NCBI GenBank assembly: GCA_017508845.1
Contig: JAFWRB010000041.1
Location: 1 to 33,093, forward strand
Direction: 5' to 3'
Source of the DNA: Neisseriaceae bacterium
Lineage (GTDB): Bacteria > Pseudomonadota > Gammaproteobacteria > Burkholderiales > Neisseriaceae
Length of the DNA: 33,093 bases
Shown here: positions 1-8,014 of the stretch, piece after piece
How the letters are laid out: every line of letters begins with the position of its first letter
How positions within the stretch are numbered: position 1 is the stretch's first letter
Position numbers and translations under genes: made by a program
Notes under the pieces: model-generated
What the model saw: the letters and a program-made list of their open reading frames with translations, nothing else
Told to the model about the DNA's origin: nothing
Database searches by the model: none

Positions 1-211
1 CGTCATCTTTATCAAAAGGATAATTGTTATTTAATACCTGTTTGCTTAATTCTTCTTTTTTATTTTCTTCTTCATTTTCTGAAATTGTTTTAGAAAATAA
101 ATCAATATTTTTTTCAGTCAATTCAGATTCGATTTCTTTATCACTGCAAGCCGATATACCACAAATAATGGTAAGTAAAGAAAAAGCAAAGTTGAAAATG
201 CTCTTTTTCAT
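1..211 (-). CDS. putative lipoprotein, unknown function (N-terminal part; gene runs off window start)
   Basis: Absent from the ORF track because it is open at the window edge. Reverse-strand ATG at 211-209 is preceded by a GAAGGAAA Shine-Dalgarno. Translation MKKSIFNFAFSLLTIICGISAC-SDKEIESELTEKNIDLF... shows a signal peptide plus lipobox (ISA|C). This is preferred over the + strand ORF 24..236. Confidence 0.55.
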   Translation of the reverse strand, partial: MKKSIFNFAFSLLTIICGISACSDKEIESELTEKNIDLFSKTISENEEENKKEELSKQVLNNNYPFDKDD

Positions 212-309
212 TTTAAATATTTCCTTCAAAAAATAAACGATAAAAATTCCTAATTATCAAATATTATCGTAATAAAAATAACTTCAAAATGATTATGAGT
301 ACCACAAAT

Positions 310-350
310 GAATTTGATGTTTATTCTGAATTTGATGTTTATTCTGAATT
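310..350. repeat. 18-bp tandem direct repeat GAATTTGATGTTTATTCT, 2.3 copies
   Basis: Read directly: 310-327 equals 328-345, followed by partial copy GAATT at 346-350. It lies at and just beyond the stop codon of the 339..587 minus-strand ORF. Confidence 0.85.
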
Positions 351-587
351 GTTTGTATTTTCTCCTGTTCTCTCGTTGTCTCCTGAAGAAGAGGCAATTC
401 CGACAAAAAATGCAACAACCCAAACCCACCAAGGAACTGGAACATTACCTATTGACCATACAAAGGCTCGTCCCATATTTGCCGCCGTTGTATCGTATTT
501 GAAAATAAAATGAAAAAAATTGAGATGTACAAATTGTGCCACTGCTCCACCAATATATCCCGTAATCAAAAAACTTTTAATGCTCAT
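339..587 (-). CDS. small hydrophobic protein, unknown function
   Basis: 82-aa ORF with AGGA-type RBS (AAAGGAATAGAAAATG on the reverse strand). Two hydrophobic stretches (FLITGYIGGAVAQFV; VPWWVWVVAFFVGIA). No recognisable family. Confidence 0.4.
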   Translation of the reverse strand: MSIKSFLITGYIGGAVAQFVHLNFFHFIFKYDTTAANMGRAFVWSIGNVPVPWWVWVVAFFVGIASSSGDNERTGENTNNSE

Positions 588-618
588 TTTCTATTCCTTT
601 AATTTTTAATATATTTTT

Positions 619-1014
619 TTAGTTAGAGAAAATATCATTCATCAAATTTGAAAGTTCAAATTTTTTCTGTCCATGTATTTTTCTGCATTTGGAAGAATTA
701 AATGTTTTGACATAGATTTCAAATTGTTCAAATGAATTTATGCCATATATTCCCATTTCGTTTCTAACTTCTTGGGCTAAAAATGACATTTCCCTTGGTG
801 ATAGGTCATATTGTGTTTCTCGTACCCATTTTTCAAGTTTTATACCTATTTGTTTTTCTGCTTCGTATTGTTCTAACTGTGCAGCGGCAATACCACATTT
901 TAGAAATGTTTTAAATTGACTTTTTTGAGAACTACAAGAAGACAATAATACACATGATGATAAAATGAATACATAAGATATTATGTTTTTGATTTTGAAT
1001 TGAAACATACGCAT
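619..1014 (-). CDS. putative lipoprotein, unknown function
   Basis: 131-aa ORF with GAAAGGAA RBS directly upstream of the ATG. N-terminus MRMFQFKIKNIISYVFILSSCVLLSSC-SSQ is a signal peptide with lipobox LSS|C. Very low G+C. Confidence 0.55.
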   Translation of the reverse strand: MRMFQFKIKNIISYVFILSSCVLLSSCSSQKSQFKTFLKCGIAAAQLEQYEAEKQIGIKLEKWVRETQYDLSPREMSFLAQEVRNEMGIYGINSFEQFEIYVKTFNSSKCRKIHGQKKFELSNLMNDIFSN

Positions 1015-1061
1015 TTCCTTTCTTCATATATTTGAAGCATATCTATCATAAAAAATCAACA

Positions 1062-1103
1062 AAACAGGCTTTGTCAAGCCTGTTTAATAGGGTACCCTAT
1101 TAA
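1062..1103. promoter_or_regulatory. two abutting perfect palindromes in the divergent lipoprotein/acnD intergenic region
   Basis: Hairpin AAACAGGCTT-TGTC-AAGCCTGTTT (1062-1085; 10-bp stem, 4-nt loop). It overlaps a perfect 20-bp palindrome TTAATAGGGTACCCTATTAA (1084-1103) about 75 bp upstream of the acnD ATG. The sequence is certain; the function (operator?) is inferred. Confidence 0.35.
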
Positions 1104-1176
1104 ATTAAAAATAGCGGTACTCTCTCTAATCTGTTACAGTTACGGATTGACAATATCAAAAAAGGAAATACTAACC

Positions 1177-3777
1177 ATGCTCACCTACCGCAAACCGTTA
1201 CCCAACACAAATTTAGAATACTTTGACGCAAAGGCGGCGATTAACGCCATTAAACCTCATGCGTATGAAAAAATGCCGTATTGCTTACGCATTTTTGCGG
1301 AAAATTTACTGCGAAATGCCGAAAAAATCGACAATCCACAAATGGTGCAAACAGGCTTAAAACAGTTAGCCTTGCAGGAAAATACGGAAGATTTCGCTTG
1401 GTATCCTTATCGTGTGGTGTGCCACGATATTTTGGGGCAGACGGCTTTGGTTGATTTGGCAGGTTTGCGTGATGCCATTCATAACGCTGGCGGTAATCCG
1501 CATGAAGTCAATCCTGTGGTGAAAACGCAGTTGATTGTTGATCATTCTTTGGCGGTTGAGTTTGGCGGTTTTGATAAAGACGCATTTTCCAAAAATCGGG
1601 CTGTGGAAGAACGCCGCAACGCTGACCGTTTTCATTTTATCAACTGGACGAAAACGGCGTTTGAAAATATCGATGTTGTGTCTGCGGGCAACGGCATTAT
1701 GCACCAAATTAACTTGGAGAAACTCTCGCCTGTGATTGCGGTGGAAAACGGTGTGGCGTTTCCTGATTGTTGTGTTGGTACGGACAGCCACACGCCGCAT
1801 ACGGACGCTTTGGGCGTGATTTCAGTCGGCGTGGGCGGTTTGGAAGCGGAAAGTGTGATGTTGGGGCGAGCGTCTATGATGCGGCTGCCTGAAATTGTTG
1901 GCGTGGAAATAGTCGGCAGGCGAGCGGCAGGTATTACCGCAACGGATATAGTGCTACATTTAACCGAATTTTTACGCCGTGAAAAGGTTGTGGGGGCGTT
2001 TGTGGAATTTTTTGGGCAGGGTGTGGCAGATTTATCTGTGGGCGATAGAGCCACGATTAGCAATATGACACCCGAATACGGAGCAACCGCTGCCTTGTTT
2101 GCTATTGATAAACAAACCATTGATTATCTTAAATTAACTGGACGCGATAATGCGGATTTGGTTGAACATTACGCCAAAACCGCAGGCTTGTGGGCTGATG
2201 ATTTGGGCGAAGTGGTCTATCCACGCGTTTTGCGTTTTGATTTGTCGCAAGTGGTTCGCAGCATTGCGGGACCTTCACGCCCACATGCACGAGTGTCTGT
2301 TTCCGAATTAGCCGAAAAAGGTATTGCGAAAATAGATTTCAGGCTGCCTGAAACGAAGTTCGGCGTAAGCCAAAATAATGCACAAGAAATGCCTGACGGA
2401 GCAGTCATCATCGCCGCCATCACCAGTTGCACCAACACTTCCAACCCACGCAATGTGGTTTCTGCCGCACTCTTGGCACGCAATGCCAACCGCTACGGTT
2501 TAATGCGAAAAAAATGGGTGAAAACATCATTTGCACCAGGTTCCAAAGTGGCTGAATTGTATTTACAAGAAGCGAGACTACTGCCTGAATTAGAAAAATT
2601 AGGCTTTGGCATAGTCGCCTTTGCCTGCACCACTTGCAATGGTATGAGTGGTGCGTTAAATCCAAAAATCCAGCAAGAAATCATAGACCGAGATTTATAC
2701 ACAACCGCTGTTTTATCAGGCAATCGCAACTTTGACGGACGCATTCACCCCTACGCCAAACAAGCGTTTATTGCGTCTCCGCCTTTGGTTGTGGCGTATG
2801 CTTTGGCAGGCAGCATTCATTTTGATATTCAAAACGGCGTTTTGGGCGAGTATGGCGGTAAAGAAATTCGCCTGAATGATATTTGGGCAGATGATGACGA
2901 AATTGATGAAGTGGTATCGAAGTTCGTTAAGCCTGAACAATTTCGCAAGATTTATCTGCCAATGTTTGAACAAAAAACCGCAGAAAAATCAAACAGTCCC
3001 CTGTATGAATGGCGAGAACAATCCACTTACATTCGCCGTCCACCATACTGGGAAGGGGCTTTGGCAAAAGAACGCACGCTCAAAAACCTGCGTCCATTAG
3101 CCATTTTGCCAGATAATATCACCACAGACCACATTTCACCGTCTAATGCTATTTTGCCTAATTCTGCGGCAGGTGAATACTTGGCAAAAATGGGGCTGCC
3201 AGAAGAAGATTTTAATTCCTACGCAACCCACAGGGGCGACCACTTAACCACCCAGCGAGCCACTTTTGCTAACCCTAAACTGTTTAATGAAATGGTAGGT
3301 TTGCAAGGCTCATACGCACGCATAGAGCCTGACGGCAAAATCGTCAGAATGTGGGAAGCGATTGAAACCTATATGGGGCGAGAACAACCGCTGATTATCA
3401 TCGCAGGAGCGGACTACGGACAAGGTTCCAGCCGCGACTGGGCAGCCAAAGGCGTGCGTTTAGCAGGCGTAGAAGTGGTTGCCGCCGAAGGCTTTGAACG
3501 CATACACCGCACCAACTTAATCGGTATGGGCGTTCTGCCACTGCAATTTATAAACGGCAACAATCGCCACAGCCTAAAATTAGACGGCACAGAAACATAC
3601 AGCGTTTCAGGCGATCTCAAAGCACGCGGCGAAATGATTTTACACATTCAACGCCAAGACGGAAGTTCTGACGAAGTTAAAATGCAATGCCGATTAGACA
3701 CCGCCGAAGAAGTGTCCATTTACACCGCAGGCGGCGTGTTGCAACGCTTTGCACAGGATTTTTTGGCGAAGAAATAA
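1177..3777 (+). CDS. acnD: aconitase-family Fe-S hydro-lyase, AcnD-type (2-methylcitrate dehydratase-like)
   Basis: ORF track starts at TTG 1147. I prefer ATG 1177 (AAGGAAA RBS 8 nt upstream), giving 866 aa. N-terminus YRKPLPNTNLEYFDAKAAINAIKPHAYEKMPY and the block YRVVCHDILGQTALVDLAGLRDAI match my recollection of AcnD rather than AcnA/AcnB. Cys ligand regions ITSCTNTSNP and CTTCNG are present. Confidence 0.8.
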   Translation: MLTYRKPLPNTNLEYFDAKAAINAIKPHAYEKMPYCLRIFAENLLRNAEKIDNPQMVQTGLKQLALQENTEDFAWYPYRVVCHDILGQTALVDLAGLRDAIHNAGGNPHEVNPVVKTQLIVDHSLAVEFGGFDKDAFSKNRAVEERRNADRFHFINWTKTAFENIDVVSAGNGIMHQINLEKLSPVIAVENGVAFPDCCVGTDSHTPHTDALGVISVGVGGLEAESVMLGRASMMRLPEIVGVEIVGRRAAGITATDIVLHLTEFLRREKVVGAFVEFFGQGVADLSVGDRATISNMTPEYGATAALFAIDKQTIDYLKLTGRDNADLVEHYAKTAGLWADDLGEVVYPRVLRFDLSQVVRSIAGPSRPHARVSVSELAEKGIAKIDFRLPETKFGVSQNNAQEMPDGAVIIAAITSCTNTSNPRNVVSAALLARNANRYGLMRKKWVKTSFAPGSKVAELYLQEARLLPELEKLGFGIVAFACTTCNGMSGALNPKIQQEIIDRDLYTTAVLSGNRNFDGRIHPYAKQAFIASPPLVVAYALAGSIHFDIQNGVLGEYGGKEIRLNDIWADDDEIDEVVSKFVKPEQFRKIYLPMFEQKTAEKSNSPLYEWREQSTYIRRPPYWEGALAKERTLKNLRPLAILPDNITTDHISPSNAILPNSAAGEYLAKMGLPEEDFNSYATHRGDHLTTQRATFANPKLFNEMVGLQGSYARIEPDGKIVRMWEAIETYMGREQPLIIIAGADYGQGSSRDWAAKGVRLAGVEVVAAEGFERIHRTNLIGMGVLPLQFINGNNRHSLKLDGTETYSVSGDLKARGEMILHIQRQDGSSDEVKMQCRLDTAEEVSIYTAGGVLQRFAQDFLAKK
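2338..2352. repeat. DNA uptake sequence (DUS), perfect 15-mer TTCAGGCTGCCTGAA
   Basis: Exact match. Lies inside acnD, read in frame as F-R-L-P-E. Confidence 0.85.
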
Positions 3778-3798
3778 CAACACACAAGGAGAAACATA

Positions 3799-4644
3799 AT
3801 GCAATGGCAATGCGGACGATTTTCTATTGACTGCAACAGCCCCAAAATTATGGGCATTGTGAATTTAACGCCTGATTCGTTTTCGGACGGCGGCGTGTAT
3901 TCGCACAGCGTTAAGGCGGCTTTGCAACACGCCGAACAACTTGTGAAAGACGGTGCGGATATTTTGGATATTGGCGGCGAATCCACGCGTCCGAATGCTT
4001 TACCTTTGTCTGCCGCCGAAGAATGGCAAAGGGTGAGCGAAGTTTTGCAAGAAATCGCCACATGGCAAGTGCCAATTTCTTTGGATACGCGTCATACGCT
4101 TGTTATGCAAAAAGCATTAGAAAACAGCGTAGTAGATATAATTAACGATGTTGCGGCTTTAACCGATACAGGTGCGGTTAAATTATTATCGCAATATCCA
4201 AAGATTGGTATTTGCTTAATGCATATGCAGGGGCTGCCTGAAAATATGCAGCATAATCCGCAATATCACAGCGTGTGTGATGAAGTAAAATCCTTTTTAC
4301 AACAACGAATTAACGAATGTGTGGCAAATGGCATTGCAAAAAATCGCCTGCTGTTAGACCCAGGTATTGGCTTTGGCAAAACGGTTGAACACAATTTAGC
4401 CTTACTTGCTAATCCCACGAAGTGGCTGCCTGAAAACCTACCGTATTTAATTGGCGTTTCGCGTAAAAGCGTTTTGGGGGCAATTATAGGGGAAACCGAC
4501 CCGCAAAAACGAGAAGTAGCAAGCGTTGCCGCTGCTGTGGAAAGTGTTAGGCTGGGTGCGAATGTGGTGCGTGTGCATAATGTCAAAGCCACACGAGAAG
4601 CAATGCAGGTGATGAAAGCCTATCAGGATTTTCAGGCAACCTGA
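3799..4644 (+). CDS. folP: dihydropteroate synthase
   Basis: 281 aa. Canonical IMGIVNLTPDSFSDGG, ILDIGGESTRP, DPGIGFGK and VRVHNV motifs. Confidence 0.93.
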   Translation: MQWQCGRFSIDCNSPKIMGIVNLTPDSFSDGGVYSHSVKAALQHAEQLVKDGADILDIGGESTRPNALPLSAAEEWQRVSEVLQEIATWQVPISLDTRHTLVMQKALENSVVDIINDVAALTDTGAVKLLSQYPKIGICLMHMQGLPENMQHNPQYHSVCDEVKSFLQQRINECVANGIAKNRLLLDPGIGFGKTVEHNLALLANPTKWLPENLPYLIGVSRKSVLGAIIGETDPQKREVASVAAAVESVRLGANVVRVHNVKATREAMQVMKAYQDFQAT

Positions 4645-4688
4645 AAGGGAATAATTTATAATAAATTCAATGGTACGCCACAAAAAGG

Positions 4689-4886
4689 TTATGCACACGT
4701 CAAAAAAGCGGAAAAAAGTGAAGATAAAAAGCACATAAAAACCTGTGCCAAGCCTGATAAAATTTTGTAACTATTTAATTTATATAAAGAATATATAAAA
4801 TCCAAAAAAGCAAGTACAAAAAATCGGGCTCTTGATTTCAAAGGAAATTTTTTGTTGTAAAAAAGTTATCCACAAAGTTATCCACA
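4689..4886 (+). promoter_or_regulatory. cluster of three consensus DnaA boxes (TTATNCACA) in an A+T-rich intergenic region
   Basis: TTATGCACA at 4689-4697. Two perfect TTATCCACA boxes at 4866-4874 and 4878-4886, arranged as a 12-bp tandem AGTTATCCACAA. All three are on the same strand. The stretch between them (about 4765-4810) is very A+T-rich. Confidence 0.5.
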
Positions 4887-4931
4887 ATTTTAAGCGTCAT
4901 TTAGCAATGATGAATATTCGTTTTCAAATAG

Positions 4932-6584
4932 GTGTTTAAAGTGACAAAGGCAAACAATACAATCAACCCATTTTATCTATTTTTTCAACGCATTAGCCCA
5001 AAAAATGCCGAGTTAGCCACGCCTTTTTTGAACGCTGTTTTAGACGCTTGGGAAAACGGACATTCATTTATTGAATTAAATGAACAACAACAACAAGTTG
5101 CACGCCAGTGTTCGCCTTTAATTGCTTTTGCCTCCGATGATATCGCTCCTTTAATTTTGCAAGGTAACTATTTGTTTTTACATAAAATTTATCATTTAGA
5201 ATACAGCGTAGCACGCCGTTTGCACGATTTATGCACAACGCCCCCTGCTATTTACGCGTACAATGATTTATTGCAAACTTATTTTCAAGAAGATAACCCT
5301 TTGTTTTTAGAGAGTAATTTGCAACAAAAAGCCGCCGTTGAAAAGGCTTTGCGTTGTCGTTTTTCGCTAATTAGCGGCGGGCCAGGTACGGGCAAAACCA
5401 CGACTGTGGCAAAATTGTTAGCGTTATTGTGTCATCAAGAAAAAACGCTGCCCAATATTGCCTTAACGGCTCCCACAGGTAAGGCGGCGGCACATTTGCA
5501 ACAGTCGTTAATCAAAGGTTTGGAAAAACTTTCTTTCAGGCAGCCTGAAACAAAGGCACATTTATCGCAATTACAAGGAAAAACCTTACACCGCTTATTA
5601 AATATTCGTCCGCCTTTGAACCAATCAGAATATAATCAACAAAATCCATTACCTTATGATATTGTTATTGTTGATGAATCATCAATGATAGAATTGAATA
5701 TTGCTTATCAACTATTTAATGCGATTGGCAAAAATACACGCTTAATTTTATTGGGCGATAAAAACCAATTACCCAGTGTGGGAGCAGGGGCAGTTTTAGA
5801 GCAAATTAGCCAAATAGATAAAAACAATGTTTTAGCCGATTGTATTTCTCATTTAACTGTTTCACGCCGTTTTGATGAAAAAAGCGGTATTGGCGTTTTA
5901 GCGTCTGCCATTATTACCAATCGGCCACAACAAGCCTTAAATTGTTTTCAACAATTTTCAAATGAGATAATACAAAAAAACGATACCAAACAATTATATG
6001 AAGAATACTATTATTTACAAAAAGACTATTGGCAGGCGATTGAAGAAAAAAATATAAATAAAGCCTTTGAACATTTTTATAATGCAATGGTTTTATGTGT
6101 ATTACGATATGACGCACAACGCTTTAATCGACAATTTTTAGATTTTTTAATACAAAAAGGACACGGAAAAGGATTTTTTAACGGCAAAGCCATTATGATT
6201 ACAGAAAATAATGTAATATTAGATATTTATAATGGCGATATTGGTATTATATTGAATAATAAAGTATATTTCCCCAATCATCAAAATGGTATTGAGATAC
6301 CATGCATCAATCATTTTGAAGACGCTTTTGCCATTACCGTGCATAAAAGTCAAGGTTCAGAATATAACCATATATTTTTAATTACACCTAAAAAATATAT
6401 TGAAGACGAAGAACAAAACAGCGAAAAAATTTTTGACCGTTCTTTACTTTATACGGCGGTTACACGAAGTAAAAAAACATTTTGTTATATTGGCGATGAT
6501 TTATCGTTACAAAACGCCATTTTACGCCAAAATAAACGCCGAAGTTTATTGGGAAAAATGTTTAATACAATGAGCAATGAGTAA
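4932..6584 (+). CDS. recD: exodeoxyribonuclease V alpha subunit (RecD, SF1 helicase)
   Basis: 550 aa. Walker A SGGPGTGKTTTV, DESSMI, LLGDKNQLPSVGAGAVL, ITVHKSQGSEY and LLYTAVTRSKK motifs. The GTG start (4932 or 4941) is uncertain. Confidence 0.88.
   Translation: MFKVTKANNTINPFYLFFQRISPKNAELATPFLNAVLDAWENGHSFIELNEQQQQVARQCSPLIAFASDDIAPLILQGNYLFLHKIYHLEYSVARRLHDLCTTPPAIYAYNDLLQTYFQEDNPLFLESNLQQKAAVEKALRCRFSLISGGPGTGKTTTVAKLLALLCHQEKTLPNIALTAPTGKAAAHLQQSLIKGLEKLSFRQPETKAHLSQLQGKTLHRLLNIRPPLNQSEYNQQNPLPYDIVIVDESSMIELNIAYQLFNAIGKNTRLILLGDKNQLPSVGAGAVLEQISQIDKNNVLADCISHLTVSRRFDEKSGIGVLASAIITNRPQQALNCFQQFSNEIIQKNDTKQLYEEYYYLQKDYWQAIEEKNINKAFEHFYNAMVLCVLRYDAQRFNRQFLDFLIQKGHGKGFFNGKAIMITENNVILDIYNGDIGIILNNKVYFPNHQNGIEIPCINHFEDAFAITVHKSQGSEYNHIFLITPKKYIEDEEQNSEKIFDRSLLYTAVTRSKKTFCYIGDDLSLQNAILRQNKRRSLLGKMFNTMSNE
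5535..5549. repeat. DUS, perfect 15-mer TTCAGGCAGCCTGAA
   Basis: Exact match. Lies inside recD, read as F-R-Q-P-E. Confidence 0.85.
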
Positions 6585-6619
6585 AGGATGTTTCAGGCTG
6601 CCTGAAAACATTGCTCATT
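6569..6619. terminator. 11-bp inverted repeat enclosing a DUS between convergent recD and rhlE (probable bidirectional terminator)
   Basis: AATGAGCAATG (6569-6579, last recD codons) pairs with CATTGCTCATT (6609-6619). The perfect DUS 6592-6606 (TTCAGGCTGCCTGAA) sits in the loop. There is no clean U-tract. Confidence 0.4.
6592..6606. repeat. DUS, perfect 15-mer TTCAGGCTGCCTGAA
   Basis: Exact match, intergenic between recD and rhlE. Confidence 0.85.
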
Positions 6620-6628
6620 CCTAATTGT

Positions 6629-7957
6629 TCATTGAATACCATAATTCGGCAACAGCAAGGCACAGATTTCTCGTTTTCTGCCACGCAATAGGCGTTGTCG
6701 TCCAGGGATTTTTTCGCATTTTGACGCTGGGTCATTTTTGTCGGCGATTTTTTTGAACCCATTGTTTTTATTAGATTGTTTTTTATTATTATTCAAAGGA
6801 TTATCTAACCAAGAGGGTTCATAACCTTCAATTTGTTCTAATTTCAAATCTTGCGAAGTTAATTGCAAAATAGCGTCCAACAATTTCTGCTCGTTTTCTT
6901 CAACCAAAGACAACGCCACACCGTTTGCCCCCGCTCGTCCTGTTCTGCCTATGCGATGCACATAATCTTCCGCTTGCAAGGGCAATTCGTAGTTAATCAC
7001 AAACGGCAATTCGCTAATATCCAAGCCGCGTGCCGCCACATCTGTGGCAACCAAAATACGCACGCTTTCTGCTTTAAAATCCGCCAAAGTTTGCAGGCGT
7101 TCTGACTGCGATTTATCGCCGTGTAGGCTTGCGGCGGCAATTTTGCGTTTAAGTAATTCTTTTGTCACTTGGCTCACTGTAATTTTTTTATTACAAAAAA
7201 CAATCGCTTGCGGAATATTTAAGCCCGAAATTAACTGTTCTAATAAATCCTTTTTTTGCCAGTTATTTACCGCAATCAAATGCTGTTCCACACTTTCTGC
7301 CGTTGAGTTTTGCGGTGCGGTTTCAATAAGTTGCGGATTATTCATAAAATCTGCGGCTAATTTGCGAATTTCAGGAGCGAACGTGGCTGAAAATAAAAGA
7401 ATTTGCCTGTTTTCAGGGAGCATTTTGATGATTTTTCGCACATCATCAATAAAGCCCATATCCAACATTCTATCGGCTTCGTCTAATACCAAAATTTCTA
7501 CTTTATTCAAAGAGATACTTTTTTGCGACAAATGGTCTAATAATCGTCCGACTGTGGCAACCACAATTTCACAACCCTGTTGCAAGGCTGCTTTTTGCGG
7601 TTCGATATTTGTGCCGCCAAAAATCACCGTATGCCGCAGGGGGATATTTTTTAAGTAATTGTTATTATTGGAATAAATTTGGTCAGCGAGTTCTCGTGTC
7701 GGCGTTAAAACCAACATTCTGACAGGGTGCATGGCAGGCGAAACGCTGGTGTTGGCGTGGTGTTTTAAGCGTTCGATAGACGGCAACATAAACGCCGCCG
7801 TTTTGCCCGTACCCGTTTGAGCAGCGGCTAACATATCAAAACCCTTCATCGCACACGGAATGGCGGCGGCTTGAATATCAGTCGGCGTTTGATAACCGCA
7901 GTCAGTTAAGGCTTGAATAATGTCAAGAGATAAACCTAATTCATTGAATGTAGTCAT
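6629..7957 (-). CDS. rhlE: DEAD-box ATP-dependent RNA helicase (RhlE-like)
   Basis: 442 aa. Q-motif region, AQTGTGKTAAF, PTRELA, DEAD, SAT, HRIGRTGRAG, and a basic C-terminal tail. AAGGAT RBS. Confidence 0.88.
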   Translation of the reverse strand: MTTFNELGLSLDIIQALTDCGYQTPTDIQAAAIPCAMKGFDMLAAAQTGTGKTAAFMLPSIERLKHHANTSVSPAMHPVRMLVLTPTRELADQIYSNNNNYLKNIPLRHTVIFGGTNIEPQKAALQQGCEIVVATVGRLLDHLSQKSISLNKVEILVLDEADRMLDMGFIDDVRKIIKMLPENRQILLFSATFAPEIRKLAADFMNNPQLIETAPQNSTAESVEQHLIAVNNWQKKDLLEQLISGLNIPQAIVFCNKKITVSQVTKELLKRKIAAASLHGDKSQSERLQTLADFKAESVRILVATDVAARGLDISELPFVINYELPLQAEDYVHRIGRTGRAGANGVALSLVEENEQKLLDAILQLTSQDLKLEQIEGYEPSWLDNPLNNNKKQSNKNNGFKKIADKNDPASKCEKIPGRQRLLRGRKREICALLLPNYGIQ

Positions 7958-8014
7958 TTTTTAATAATCCTTTTTATTTTCAGGCAGCCTAACAAAAGCA
8001 ATTAGACAGTTATT

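Noticed and set aside
24-236. The + strand 70-aa ORF from the track at the window start
   Set aside because: It is a low-complexity translation with no RBS. The opposite strand gives a convincing signal-peptide and lipobox protein with a strong SD, so the + ORF is treated as a shadow.
310-350. The 18-bp tandem repeat, considered as a CRISPR, phase-variation or minisatellite element
   Set aside because: There are only 2.3 copies, no spacers, and it lies essentially 3' of a stop codon. It is recorded as a repeat but not as a functional switch.
1366-3647. Multiple antisense or alternative-frame ORFs inside acnD (for example 1366..1800-, 1632..2120-, 2217..2489-, 3414..3647-)
   Set aside because: They lie entirely within a confidently identified 866-aa aconitase gene and have no motifs or RBS. 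They are typical shadow ORFs.
4645-4931. Calling the folP-recD spacer the chromosomal origin (oriC)
   Set aside because: There are only three consensus DnaA boxes and I could identify no 13-mer or DUE repeats, and skew cannot be evaluated from one window. It is kept as a finding to test, not annotated as oriC.
7044-7658. 204-aa + strand ORF opposite the DEAD-box helicase gene
   Set aside because: It is antisense to a gene carrying all the helicase motifs. The sequence is Cys/Ser/Phe-rich nonsense with no start context.
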